From: a virus | Taxonomy: Duplodnaviria; Caudoviricetes | DNA length: 46,303 nt | Direction: 5' to 3' (one strand) | IMG/VR virus record: IMGVR_UViG_3300046710_000414 | Coordinates: 1-46,303 of that record | Part shown: positions 17,344-27,147 of the stretch, piece after piece | How the letters are laid out: the number at the start of each line of letters is the position of its first letter | How positions within the stretch are numbered: the first letter of the stretch is position 1 | The notes under the pieces: generated by a model | Database searches by the model: none | What the model saw: the letters and a program-made list of their open reading frames with translations, nothing else | What the model was told of the DNA's origin: nothing | Program-made: the position numbers and the translations under genes

Positions 17344-18903
17344 ATGGATATAAGGATCAGAAGAGTTTTAGCAAGATATTTCGAAAAACCGGAGGATTGT
17401 CCTCCGGATTATGACTTACCAGGAGAAGTATCTACAGACACTGATAAATCCTGGATGGAATATCTTAAGGGTAAAGCTAAAACTACGTATGAACCAGATA
17501 ATCCTGTTCCTGGTATGTTAAAGGGTAAGGAGCACCTTGACACCTCCTTTAATACCACTGATCCTTATGATTATGATAGTCCTTCTGACAAGCCAAAAGA
17601 TCAGGAGGACTCCCCACCTTTTGAAAATGCTATTTCAGATCCTACTCAATTTGGGTATTTTAATACTCCGAGAATATTTAGTGAAGGTGGAGTGTTAGAG
17701 GAATGGAGAAAATCAAGAGAGCAGGATTTTACTACAGATGAGGATCAACAACAACCTGCTATAAGTCTTACTAGAAAATTATCTTCTGAGATTATCCCGG
17801 AAGAACTTTTGGCTAGTCTTACTATATCAGGTAAAGATTTCAATGAATTTGTTATTAGATGTAAAGTTGCAGCATCTCTTGATGAGATAATTGCAAAAGA
17901 TTATCATTATAAGAATGACTTAAAATTACAGCGTGCTAATAACTGCAGGGCTATATGGTCAAATAAAAACAATCCTAAACAATATGAACGTGGGTTATTT
18001 ACTTTTAGAGTAACCTCCCCGGGATCCAGATATGGAACGCATAGTGTCTATCTACAGTTTTTAAGAGATGATAAAATAGATGCAACCAAGTATGTCGATT
18101 ATCCTGTACATATTGGTTGTACCTGCCCCGCTTTTTTGTATAGTGGAGCTCAGTATTATGCCGTTAAAGATAACTATATGTACATGCCTGCGTTTAAGCC
18201 AGATTTAGTTGCCCCAAAAGAACCGGGTCAGTATACTGTTTCTAAAAGTCAAAGATATCCTAATGGAAAAAGAAATCCTGGTAGGGGTAAAAATGCGAGA
18301 GTATGTAAGCATATACTTGCAGTTTTTGATGAGATAAAGAATACTCCCATAGAAGTACATTATAAGAATTATCCTGTATATTCTCCACCATCCAAGAAAA
18401 TTGATGTAACGGCATGGGAAAAGATGATGAAATTTCCTTTTACAGAAAAAGATATAAAGAATAGGTTATTATCTTCAAGTCCTAAAGTGCCCGGGTATTT
18501 TAAAAGAGAAAGTTTTATGCCAACAGTTATTGATTGGTTTCAGAATACCTGGTTCCCTCGGACAGATGAACAAAAGTTAAAATCTCTTAAAGAATTCAGT
18601 ATGTTTCCTGAAAGAGTATTTTTTATACTCATAGAAGAGGCATATTTAAAACGTCAAAGCGGCGGGTATATATCAAAGAGGCTTGTCGACGAGGGATTTG
18701 AGTTAATGGATCAGGTTATTGACAAGGATAATCCTGCTGAAGCTCAGGTTATCCCAGAGCTTGATGATGGTACTGTAGGTACTGGTGAAGTGGATGTTGT
18801 TAATAATGAAGCTCCTGATTGGGTGCCTACCACTATACCAAAGAAAGTTAAAAATCCTGGAAGAATGAAAAGACCAACGAAGGTACAACCAGCGATAAAA
18901 TAA
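17344..18903 (+). CDS. SWIM zinc-finger protein
   Basis: GCTCPAF...VCKHILAV (CxC...CxH). Confidence 0.75.
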   Translation: MDIRIRRVLARYFEKPEDCPPDYDLPGEVSTDTDKSWMEYLKGKAKTTYEPDNPVPGMLKGKEHLDTSFNTTDPYDYDSPSDKPKDQEDSPPFENAISDPTQFGYFNTPRIFSEGGVLEEWRKSREQDFTTDEDQQQPAISLTRKLSSEIIPEELLASLTISGKDFNEFVIRCKVAASLDEIIAKDYHYKNDLKLQRANNCRAIWSNKNNPKQYERGLFTFRVTSPGSRYGTHSVYLQFLRDDKIDATKYVDYPVHIGCTCPAFLYSGAQYYAVKDNYMYMPAFKPDLVAPKEPGQYTVSKSQRYPNGKRNPGRGKNARVCKHILAVFDEIKNTPIEVHYKNYPVYSPPSKKIDVTAWEKMMKFPFTEKDIKNRLLSSSPKVPGYFKRESFMPTVIDWFQNTWFPRTDEQKLKSLKEFSMFPERVFFILIEEAYLKRQSGGYISKRLVDEGFELMDQVIDKDNPAEAQVIPELDDGTVGTGEVDVVNNEAPDWVPTTIPKKVKNPGRMKRPTKVQPAIK

Positions 18904-18931
18904 AAATAGATATATATAAAATGGAGTAATA

Positions 18932-19231
18932 ATGAATGAACTACCCGTATATCTTATAGAATTTGATAAGAATCTTTTTTCAAAAGCGATTGATTGTGCT
19001 TTTAACTATATAGAATTCCACGATGATATCGTTGGAATGATTTATGCCAATCCTGACATAATTAAAAAAATAGTCTTAACTTTTTCTGATGAAGTAAAAT
19101 TTGACTATGTTCATCAGGGTATTGGTATATTCAGAACAGCTTATCTGAAATACCTTCCTTCGGTAAAAGAGAATGGTATATGGTTTATAAATCAACATGA
19201 AACATTTAAATTAAAATTATCATTAATATAA
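18932..19231 (+). CDS. Hypothetical protein
   Basis: ORF track; GGAG RBS. Confidence 0.7.
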   Translation: MNELPVYLIEFDKNLFSKAIDCAFNYIEFHDDIVGMIYANPDIIKKIVLTFSDEVKFDYVHQGIGIFRTAYLKYLPSVKENGIWFINQHETFKLKLSLI

Positions 19232-19251
19232 TATTACATAGGAGTTAAGAT

Positions 19252-19704
19252 ATGCCTATCTACGAGTACAGATGTAATAGCTGTAGCTTGATACAAGAAG
19301 TTATTCATTCCATTAAAGAAACCCCCGATATCTTATGCCCTCGATGTGAAGAGGGTCATAAGGAAGTAAAGATGGAACGCCTGATATCTTTAAATTTAAA
19401 TGGTGGATTTTTTTTCAAGCAGTGGACAGAGGCTCAGACTTATAAGATCAGTCGGGATAAAAGGAAGCAGAATACTGAACTTGAAATTCGCCAAATCGAA
19501 CGCTATGGTTCAGGTGGAACTAAATTAAAACCCAATGTTGCAGGGGTAGAGACAGAATCTTGGTCAGATGCTAGTAAATTAGCCTCAGAAGCTGGTTTGA
19601 GTACTAAATCATATGAACCTCTCATTACTCAAGAAAAAAATACTTCAAAGATCTCCGGTATCGATGACAGAAAGTGGAAAGCTGCTAAAGAAGCCGCAGT
19701 ATAA
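19252..19704 (+). CDS. FmdB-family zinc ribbon protein
   Basis: MPIYEYRCNSC...CPRC...MERLIS. Confidence 0.85.
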   Translation: MPIYEYRCNSCSLIQEVIHSIKETPDILCPRCEEGHKEVKMERLISLNLNGGFFFKQWTEAQTYKISRDKRKQNTELEIRQIERYGSGGTKLKPNVAGVETESWSDASKLASEAGLSTKSYEPLITQEKNTSKISGIDDRKWKAAKEAAV

Positions 19705-19733
19705 ATTTCCTTTCTCTAATAATTTTTAAAAAT

Positions 19734-19750
19734 TAATAATCTCTTAATAT
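19734..19750 (+). promoter_or_regulatory. Putative late promoter TAATAATCTCTTAATAT
   Basis: Exact consensus copy upstream of the RHH-glycosyltransferase unit. Confidence 0.75.
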
Positions 19751-19759
19751 CTTTTCTAT

Positions 19760-19782
19760 AGGTAAGTATATGGTACTTACCT
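19760..19782. promoter_or_regulatory. Inverted repeat, candidate operator or leader hairpin
   Basis: AGGTAAGTA-tatgg-TACTTACCT between the promoter motif and the RBS. Confidence 0.5.
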
Positions 19783-19799
19783 GTATATAGGAGTTTTTA

Positions 19800-19976
19800 A
19801 TGGAAAGAGTGAATTTTCATCTTACCGATGGTGAGATACATGGTCTTCGAGTAATATCTGAACTTACGGGGGTACCTCGTGCTGAGATTATAAGACGTGC
19901 AATTGATGACTATATTAATAGAAAGAAATTTGAAGGTTTTACAGGACTTGAAAATATACGTGAGGTGTACGCATGA
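19800..19976 (+). CDS. Ribbon-helix-helix (CopG-like) DNA-binding protein, 58 aa, absent from the ORF track
   Basis: MERVNFHLTDGEIHGLRVISELTGVPRAEIIRRAIDDYINRKK...; AGGAG RBS; ATGA overlap with the next gene. Confidence 0.85.
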   Translation: MERVNFHLTDGEIHGLRVISELTGVPRAEIIRRAIDDYINRKKFEGFTGLENIREVYA

Positions 19977-22900
19977 GTATACGCACCCCTTTATTGGGTT
20001 TGAATATTATTGTAGGTCCTGATGATAAGGATGTTTTAGATAGATGTCTTAAAAGTTGTCAAGGTGAACTATTTGACGAGATAGTAATAACTCTTGCTAT
20101 GGAAAAAGAGGACCCAGAGATAAAGGCCTTAGCTGAGAGTTATGGGGCTAAGACATTCTTTTTTAAATGGGTACAGGATTTCAGTGCCGCACGAAATTTC
20201 TCATTTAGTAATAATACATCAGAATATATTATGTGGTGTCTTACGCCCGATTCAAGAGTCCATACAGAACGAGGACTTATATCCATATCTGAAGTATGCC
20301 TGGGAGATAAGGTATTGACTCATACTGGTAGATATATGCCAGTTACTAAGTTATATAAGCAGCCTTTTAGTGGGGATATCTACAGGATATCAAGTAAGTA
20401 TTCAGGGAAATCTATAGGAGTTACTCCAAATCATGAGTTTTTAGGGTGTCAAAGTTATTCATGTAAAACAGGTATAAAATTTTGTAAGCCAGATTGTAAG
20501 AAGCAGTATTCAAAAAGATACCTTAAGAAGTATGGTAAACTAAGCAGACAATGTAAGCAAGGCTATACAGAGTATGCTCCACAATTTATACCTATAGATA
20601 AGCTACATTTAGGTGATATACTAAGCTTTCCTAAATTAAAGCAGACTATATATAATTCTATGTTTGTAAACTTATTAGATTATCCTCAAGGTAAAAAAGA
20701 ATTACCAGATAAAATAGAAATTACTCCTGAAGTTATGAGACTGTTTGGTTATTTTGTAGCTGAAGGTACTGTGGGAGCCAATTATTTATCTTTTTGTTTT
20801 CATAAAAAAGAAACATCATACCAGGATGATGTTATATACCTGATGAATAGAATTTTCAATATATCAGGAACTAAAGTTTTTTCAGAGAGTAATGGGTGTA
20901 ATGTTACGTTTAATTCTATTACCTTATCAAAATTTTTTAAGAGTTATTTTAGTGGTTTACAGTCTGTTAGGAAGCTACCTAATGAATTATTAGGTTTGAG
21001 TGATAAGCACCTATCAGAGTTTATAAAAGGATATTATAGAGGTGATGGGGGTGAAAATCCTGATAGTTTTGCTATTACTACGAGTAGCCCTTATTTAGTT
21101 GAACAGATACGTTTAATTTTATCAAGATTTGGTATAATGGGGGAGTGTATCCCTTATAAAACAAAAAATGCCTGGAAAGTACGGGTTGGTGGTAAAAGTA
21201 TATCAGCTTTTCAAGATATAATATCTGAGACACACAGTGAAGAATTAAGATGCTGTTTTAATAAAAATTTTTATTCAGATAATGACTTTTTATACCATCA
21301 GATAGATGAATACACAAAGGAATTCTATGAAGGAGAGGTTTATAATCTTGAAGTTAGTGAAGATCATAGCTATGTAACAGAGTATATGGTTACTCATAAT
21401 TGTGATTCTGATGATATCATAAAACCTTCAGAGTATAAGAAACTCCTGGATCTTAAACCTAAGATTAAGAACTGGGATATTACTATACTCAATTACGTAT
21501 ATAGCCATGATGAGAAGGATGCCCCGGTATTAATTCTCCCGAGAGAAAGAATAGTAAAAAACTGTGAGCATATAAAATGGCATGATCCCATACATGAATA
21601 TATGAATCTTGATGTTCCACCAAATAAGATACATCGGGAAAATATCAATATTGATCACTATAGAATTAGAGTCCATAATCCTGCTCGCAATATAGAGGCT
21701 CTTAAAAAGATCTATGAATCCAATAACTGCTCAGAGAGAATAAAGTTCTATTATGGTAAAGAACTGGCTGATTTTGGAATGTGGGAAAAAGCAATATTGG
21801 TACTTGATCCCTATATAAAAAAGGGAGCAGATTTTGCGGATAATCTTACTACAGCATGCATAAAATTATCAAGATATTATTTTGAAAAATCTGATTATTC
21901 TTCATCAAAAAGTTATGCACTAAAAGGTATTAGATTCAATAGCATATATGCTGAGAATTACGTGGTTCTTGGAAATATTTTTGAACAGGAAAATGATACA
22001 GACACAGCAGTATCATATTATAAAGAAGCTCTTAATAAAAAACTTGAAGGAGGAATGTCTCAGATAATTGACTACTATGGATTTATTCCAGCAGCTAAGC
22101 TGGCTCTCCTTTATTACAATAGAAAAGAATATGACAGTGTAGTAAAATATTGTACACTTGCTCTTATGCACAAACCAGGTAATGAACAGATGAGTGAACT
22201 CCTTAAGATTACGAATATTGAAATGGCTCGTTTGTCAAAAGGGATGGTGCTCCAGGAAGAAGACATCTTCAAATTAAAAGAATTTTTGCAGAAAAATGAT
22301 CTTAATATGAGTGTTCTTCGGAATAATATCGATTTCTGTGATATAAGATTGAATAAAGTTCGAGATATTAAAGTAGTATGGTTTATTCCCGCACTTGATT
22401 TAACGAATCCTTCTATTAGATTAAGAAGAATTAATATCTGCCAACAACTGGTAGATATGGGGATTGATAGCACGATCATTACTAATTACTACGGTAATAG
22501 TATCTATGAAATAAGAAACAGGGTAGGAGATGCAACTGTAGCTATCTTTACTCAGTTTGGTAAAGAAGATCTTGAAATAATGAAGCATCTTAAATCTTCA
22601 GATATAAAATGTGTCTTTGACCATTGTGAGGCTTTATTCAATTTCCCATTTGAGCGTGAATGTATGGGAGAAGCAGATCTTATTACTTGCTGTTCCACTA
22701 AGCTTAAAGAACTTACTAATGAGCATGGCTTTATGAAGACTGTAGTTCTTAAGGATGCTGTGGAGAAAACATCCAATAAGATAGTCTATGAAGATCGATA
22801 CATAAAGCCTAAAGCAATTTATGTAGGTATGGGCGGAAATTCCTGGCTTATTAGTGATTATTTAAAGGATACAATTGAAGAAGCAGGGTATGAAATAGTT

Positions 22901-25237
22901 TTATGTACAGAATGGGATAATGCCACTCACCGATGGACAGAAGATGGTTGGGTTGATGTAATGAATTCCTGTGATGTAGTGCTCTGCCCCCAACGTGTTG
23001 ATGTTCAACCAGCAAAGAGTTCTGTGAAAGCTACTGTAGCTATGGCTCTGGGTCTCCCAGTTATCTGTTCTCCTCTTCAAGCATACAAAGAAATTATTAG
23101 AGATGGAGAAAATGGGTTTATTTGTGATACTAAAGAAGAATGGCGAAATGCCCTAATAAAATTAAAAGATAGCACCGTAAGAAAAAAGATAGGAGAAGCA
23201 GGAAAAGCCTCTATAGGAGACTATAGCTTGTCGGCTATATCCGGTCAATGGATAAGTACCTTGACGGAGCTCATTAATAATCAAATGAAATTTCCGGATC
23301 CTCCCGAAAAAATAGATGTAAGAAATAGATCCATAGTAGATATCATTATTGCTAACTATAATAACGTTGAATATCTTAAGATGTGCGTAAGCTCTATTCT
23401 CATGAATACCCTGTACCCGTTCCATATCATTATCTCAGATGGAGGCAGTAATAAAGAGACCTGGGATTACTTGCTGACATTAAAGGGTATTACTGTTATA
23501 GGTGACCCAAATAAACGTTTATCTTTTTCTGAGACTTGTAACGCAGGTATTAAAGCTTCTAATACAAAATATTTTGTAATTTTGAATTCAGATGTTATAG
23601 TGTCAAAGTGCTGGCTTACTAGCCTTGTTAATAAAATGGAGACTGTTGATAGATTAGCTTCTTGTGGTGTATTGTCAAATTGTGACAGAAGTTGGTTGCA
23701 TGACGCCCCGGGTAAACCATCTTATTCTATGCTCTTAGAAAAATCAAAGATTGATCTTCACCCAGCTATGAAGATTGATGAGATTAAACCTTATGTAGAA
23801 GAACTTTATAAATTCATGGAGGATTCTAATAAAAAACATAAGGATGTTTTTGTTAGTCAAGGGTGGGTGGCAGCATATGCTACTATCTTTGCTCGCTGTG
23901 CAATAAATGAAGTAGGCTTGTTTGATCCCCTCTTCCTTAACGGATGTGAAGATTTAGATCTTATGAATCGATTGACTAAGTATGGTTATAAAACTGGTCA
24001 GGCGATAGATTCTTTTGTATTCCATTTCGGGGGAATAAGCCGAGGATCTCATCAGATGGAGAATAAAGAAGCCTATGATAAAGAAGATGTTGAAAATCAT
24101 CTAAAATACAGAGCAAAATGGGCTAAGCCCAAAGTAGTAATTTGGACTGGTCCAGCTTGGGAACCCTGGAATAAACAAAAAGTAGATGAGGGTATGGCAG
24201 GATCAGAGACATGGGCATCATATCTTGCTCGGGAGTTTGTAAAAAAAGGTTTTGAGACCACTATCTATAATGACTTATTATCAGACAGTAAAGATGATAT
24301 CGTTCTTGATCCGGTCTTTGATGCTCAAGGTGTAAAGATTGGGGATGTTGTATATCGTGATCATACTAAGTTGCAAACGGATGTAGAATATGATGTCATT
24401 GATTATTTCATAGCATCCAGATCAACAGAACCTTTAAAATTAAATATTCATTCCTTAGTTAACGACATCATGATTCATGATATATGGCTTTCATCTGATA
24501 AAAATTATGATACTATGACTTGGAGAGTCAGAAAATACGCTTATTTGTCAGAGTGGCATAAGAATTTTTTAAGTAAGCATCATGGTATCTTAAGTGATCA
24601 GATGATTAAAACTTCAAATGGTATTAACTGGGATTTATATAATAATGTAGATAGGTTAAAAAAGAAGAAACAGATGGTTTGGAGTTCTAGTCCTGATAGA
24701 GGTCTATATGAATTTCTGCTTATGCTCCCTGAGATTAAAAGGCAAGTACCGGATTTTGAGTTAATAGTTGCTTATGGCTTTTATAATTGGGAAAAGGCTG
24801 CTGTTCACCGAAATAATATAAATGAAATAAATTACATCAAAGCTATAAAAGAATTAATGAATCAGAATGGTGTAAAATATGTGGGTAGAGTATCAAAAAT
24901 AGAACTGGCAGAGTTACAAAAAGAGAGTATGGTATGGCTATACAGCACGGCATTTACAGAAACTTTTGGAATAACCGCAGTAGAGAATGGGGCAGCATAT
25001 AATGCAATATTGTGTACAAATCTTGCAGGATTAATAGATACAGTTGGAGATGGTGGAATTTTAATTGATGGATTAAATTCTTCTAAAGAATATAGAGAAG
25101 AATTTATAGATCAATCTGTAAGATTATTAACTGATGAAGATTTTCGAAATGAATGGGCTGAAAAAGCTAATACTAAAATGAAAGAATACAACTGGGAAAT
25201 AATTGCTGATAATTGGATAAAGAGTTGGAATAAATAA
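19973..25237 (+). CDS. Multi-domain glycosyltransferase: GT2 (intein) - TPR - GT-B - GT2 - GT-B
   Basis: DFSAARNFS, W-C-DSDD, WHDPIHE; TPR-like helices; AMALGLPVICS; IIIANYN...SDGGS...LNSDV...EDLDL; SSSPDRGL...ETFGITAVE. Confidence 0.9.
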   Translation: MSIRTPLLGLNIIVGPDDKDVLDRCLKSCQGELFDEIVITLAMEKEDPEIKALAESYGAKTFFFKWVQDFSAARNFSFSNNTSEYIMWCLTPDSRVHTERGLISISEVCLGDKVLTHTGRYMPVTKLYKQPFSGDIYRISSKYSGKSIGVTPNHEFLGCQSYSCKTGIKFCKPDCKKQYSKRYLKKYGKLSRQCKQGYTEYAPQFIPIDKLHLGDILSFPKLKQTIYNSMFVNLLDYPQGKKELPDKIEITPEVMRLFGYFVAEGTVGANYLSFCFHKKETSYQDDVIYLMNRIFNISGTKVFSESNGCNVTFNSITLSKFFKSYFSGLQSVRKLPNELLGLSDKHLSEFIKGYYRGDGGENPDSFAITTSSPYLVEQIRLILSRFGIMGECIPYKTKNAWKVRVGGKSISAFQDIISETHSEELRCCFNKNFYSDNDFLYHQIDEYTKEFYEGEVYNLEVSEDHSYVTEYMVTHNCDSDDIIKPSEYKKLLDLKPKIKNWDITILNYVYSHDEKDAPVLILPRERIVKNCEHIKWHDPIHEYMNLDVPPNKIHRENINIDHYRIRVHNPARNIEALKKIYESNNCSERIKFYYGKELADFGMWEKAILVLDPYIKKGADFADNLTTACIKLSRYYFEKSDYSSSKSYALKGIRFNSIYAENYVVLGNIFEQENDTDTAVSYYKEALNKKLEGGMSQIIDYYGFIPAAKLALLYYNRKEYDSVVKYCTLALMHKPGNEQMSELLKITNIEMARLSKGMVLQEEDIFKLKEFLQKNDLNMSVLRNNIDFCDIRLNKVRDIKVVWFIPALDLTNPSIRLRRINICQQLVDMGIDSTIITNYYGNSIYEIRNRVGDATVAIFTQFGKEDLEIMKHLKSSDIKCVFDHCEALFNFPFERECMGEADLITCCSTKLKELTNEHGFMKTVVLKDAVEKTSNKIVYEDRYIKPKAIYVGMGGNSWLISDYLKDTIEEAGYEIVLCTEWDNATHRWTEDGWVDVMNSCDVVLCPQRVDVQPAKSSVKATVAMALGLPVICSPLQAYKEIIRDGENGFICDTKEEWRNALIKLKDSTVRKKIGEAGKASIGDYSLSAISGQWISTLTELINNQMKFPDPPEKIDVRNRSIVDIIIANYNNVEYLKMCVSSILMNTLYPFHIIISDGGSNKETWDYLLTLKGITVIGDPNKRLSFSETCNAGIKASNTKYFVILNSDVIVSKCWLTSLVNKMETVDRLASCGVLSNCDRSWLHDAPGKPSYSMLLEKSKIDLHPAMKIDEIKPYVEELYKFMEDSNKKHKDVFVSQGWVAAYATIFARCAINEVGLFDPLFLNGCEDLDLMNRLTKYGYKTGQAIDSFVFHFGGISRGSHQMENKEAYDKEDVENHLKYRAKWAKPKVVIWTGPAWEPWNKQKVDEGMAGSETWASYLAREFVKKGFETTIYNDLLSDSKDDIVLDPVFDAQGVKIGDVVYRDHTKLQTDVEYDVIDYFIASRSTEPLKLNIHSLVNDIMIHDIWLSSDKNYDTMTWRVRKYAYLSEWHKNFLSKHHGILSDQMIKTSNGINWDLYNNVDRLKKKKQMVWSSSPDRGLYEFLLMLPEIKRQVPDFELIVAYGFYNWEKAAVHRNNINEINYIKAIKELMNQNGVKYVGRVSKIELAELQKESMVWLYSTAFTETFGITAVENGAAYNAILCTNLAGLIDTVGDGGILIDGLNSSKEYREEFIDQSVRLLTDEDFRNEWAEKANTKMKEYNWEIIADNWIKSWNK
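20237..21400 (+). mobile_element. Intein (388 aa) with LAGLIDADG homing endonuclease
   Basis: CLTPDSRVHTERG; VTPNHEF; LFGYFVAEG and GYYRGDG; VYNLEVSEDHSYVTEYMVTHN|C. Confidence 0.95.
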
Positions 25238-25884
25238 TGTCCAGATTTATAGATAAAGTTGGAAGAGTTTATGGCTATTTAAAAGTTATATCTTTACATG
25301 AAATTAAGAAAAGGGAAGGCTCTGTTTGGTTGTGCAGATGTCTCTTTAACAATTGTGGTAAAGAGGTGATAGTAAGGGGACATTCATTAGAAGTGGGTAA
25401 TACAAGAAGTTGTGGGTGTTTTAATAGTGCTGAATCAAGAAAGAGAGTATTCATAGATGGAAGATCCTTTTCTAAAGAGTATAAAGTATATGATAATATG
25501 CATAATAGATGCTATAATCCCTCAAATAAAAGATATATAGATTATGGAGGAAGAGGTATTATTGTATGTGAAAATTGGCATAGAGATAATCCAAATGGTT
25601 ATTTAAAATTTTTAGAAGATATGGGAAATGTTCCATCGGATAAGCATACAATCGAGAGACTTAATAATGATTTAGGTTATTGTAAAGAAAATTGTAAATG
25701 GGTTTTAAGATCTGTTCAAAATAGGAACAGACGGAATAGCGTAAATGTTACAATTAATGGTTTAACTCTATGTCTTAAGGATTGGGCGACTAAAATGGGA
25801 ATATCTTATAATATTTTGTATAAAAATTATATAAAGATGGGTAATAGTAGTGATCTTATACTATACATAAATTGTAAGTTATAA
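25237..25884 (+). CDS. Free-standing HNH homing endonuclease
   Basis: WLCRC...TRSCGC...YGGRGIIVC...DMG...TIERLNNDLGYCKENCKW...QNRNRR. Confidence 0.85.
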   Translation: MSRFIDKVGRVYGYLKVISLHEIKKREGSVWLCRCLFNNCGKEVIVRGHSLEVGNTRSCGCFNSAESRKRVFIDGRSFSKEYKVYDNMHNRCYNPSNKRYIDYGGRGIIVCENWHRDNPNGYLKFLEDMGNVPSDKHTIERLNNDLGYCKENCKWVLRSVQNRNRRNSVNVTINGLTLCLKDWATKMGISYNILYKNYIKMGNSSDLILYINCKL

Positions 25885-25896
25885 TCCAATATATTT

Positions 25897-25959
25897 AAAG
25901 AGTATAGCTGGGGAAATATTGCATATAAGTGGTTGGATGTGCTTGGCGTGAAAAAGTAA
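25897..25959 (+). pseudogene. Displaced duplicate of the glycosyltransferase C-terminus
   Basis: KEYSWGNIAYKWLDVLGVKK* aligns with KEYNWEIIADNWIKSWNK* (25181-25237). Confidence 0.75.
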
Positions 25960-25979
25960 AATACTCTTAAACCTAATAT

Positions 25980-26013
25980 AAGGACTGCTCATTTTATTGA
26001 GCAGTCCTTTTTT
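25980..26013 (+). terminator. Rho-independent terminator
   Basis: AAGGACTGCTCA-ttttat-TGAGCAGTCCTT then T run. Confidence 0.9.
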
Positions 26014-26020
26014 GCATAGA

Positions 26021-26037
26021 TAATAATCTCTTAATAT
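26021..26037 (+). promoter_or_regulatory. Putative late promoter TAATAATCTCTTAATAT
   Basis: Exact consensus copy just after the terminator. Confidence 0.75.
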
Positions 26038-26109
26038 GCTACCTTTATTGAAGATCCCTGATAAAGGGTTTTATATACAAACAAAAAGATTTAGTCTAAG
26101 GAGGCTTTT

Positions 26110-26535
26110 ATGGCTGATACACTACGTGTACAATATTTTGGCACAAACGTAGGTAAAATTTATTTTACTGATTTTGACAAAAGAAGTCAGCTTGGCGGTG
26201 CCCAGGAAGGTAATTACCTCAGCGGTCAAGATGAATATATCGTGTGGGGAGAAACAAAAGTTATTCAACTTACAGATAACGTTCTGTATAGTCTTGCAAA
26301 GGGTGTCCTGAAGTATTTCTCGACAGCAGCAAGTAACTCACTCTTCACAGACCACAATGGTGCACCATTCGTACTTACTGAAGGTGCATACACTTCAGCT
26401 GATGAAGTCCCTCGCCAAGATATCGGTGATACAGGTACTTCCAGATTCACCAATACTTACATGGATCTTCTGGCTAATGATAAGTATTCAACTGGTGCAG
26501 CTGGTTCAACTGGGTATTATTACGGTAATGCGTAA
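26110..26535 (+). CDS. Hypothetical protein, probably abundant virion protein
   Basis: Own promoter motif and terminator; GGAGG RBS; MCP-like codon usage. Confidence 0.75.
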   Translation: MADTLRVQYFGTNVGKIYFTDFDKRSQLGGAQEGNYLSGQDEYIVWGETKVIQLTDNVLYSLAKGVLKYFSTAASNSLFTDHNGAPFVLTEGAYTSADEVPRQDIGDTGTSRFTNTYMDLLANDKYSTGAAGSTGYYYGNA

Positions 26536-26565
26536 GACTTTTCTTAAGGCTTGACGATTTTTGAG

Positions 26566-26602
26566 GTTGCCGGGGTTACATCGACCTCGGCAATTTTTGT
26601 TT
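26566..26602 (+). terminator. Rho-independent terminator
   Basis: GTTGCCGGGGTT-acatc-GACCTCGGCAAT then TTTTGTTT. Confidence 0.7.
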
Positions 26603-26648
26603 AAATTTAAAATAACATCTATAATAAAAAATATTGAGAGGTGATCAA

Positions 26649-26936
26649 ATGAACGATAATATACACGGTGATTTGATTTATACACGGGACGGATATAAGA
26701 CGTGTGACCTTTATCTTGCAGCTCTATTTGCAACCTCTGGTTGTAAAATAAAAAATACTACTAAGGATCAAAGAAAAGTATTTTTCTTTTTTGAAAATTC
26801 TGATGTGGTAGAAAAGTTGAAAACAGCATACTTTTTAAGACAATGTCCAGTTGATGCTCTTACTTATGCTGACAATATAAAGTCATTAAAGTCTCTTTGT
26901 GCCAGCATAATTGGGAATGAAATTAAAAAAGGATAA
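26649..26936 (+). CDS. Small phage protein, DUF5659-like
   Basis: TCDLYLAALF...G...FFFEN...YF...VDAL...LKS pattern; GAGGTG RBS favours ATG 26649. Confidence 0.6.
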   Translation: MNDNIHGDLIYTRDGYKTCDLYLAALFATSGCKIKNTTKDQRKVFFFFENSDVVEKLKTAYFLRQCPVDALTYADNIKSLKSLCASIIGNEIKKG

Positions 26937-26944
26937 GAATTAAT

Positions 26945-27145
26945 ATGGATGTATACCAAGGTAAAATGACTACTATATCCCCTGCTATAGGACCATATGA
27001 AATCAATGTGTTTTATAACATTGACAAAGTGACCCCTGAAACCGGTGGTATAACAGGTATGGGGACACTTGAACCTGTAAAGTGGGATATGGGCTATACT
27101 GGGATAAACGACCTCAACTTTACTAACAGCAAGCATGGATTTTAA
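26945..27145 (+). CDS. Hypothetical protein
   Basis: ORF track; fills the operon gap; GITGM and GYTGI motifs. Confidence 0.65.
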   Translation: MDVYQGKMTTISPAIGPYEINVFYNIDKVTPETGGITGMGTLEPVKWDMGYTGINDLNFTNSKHGF

Positions 27146-27147
27146 TT

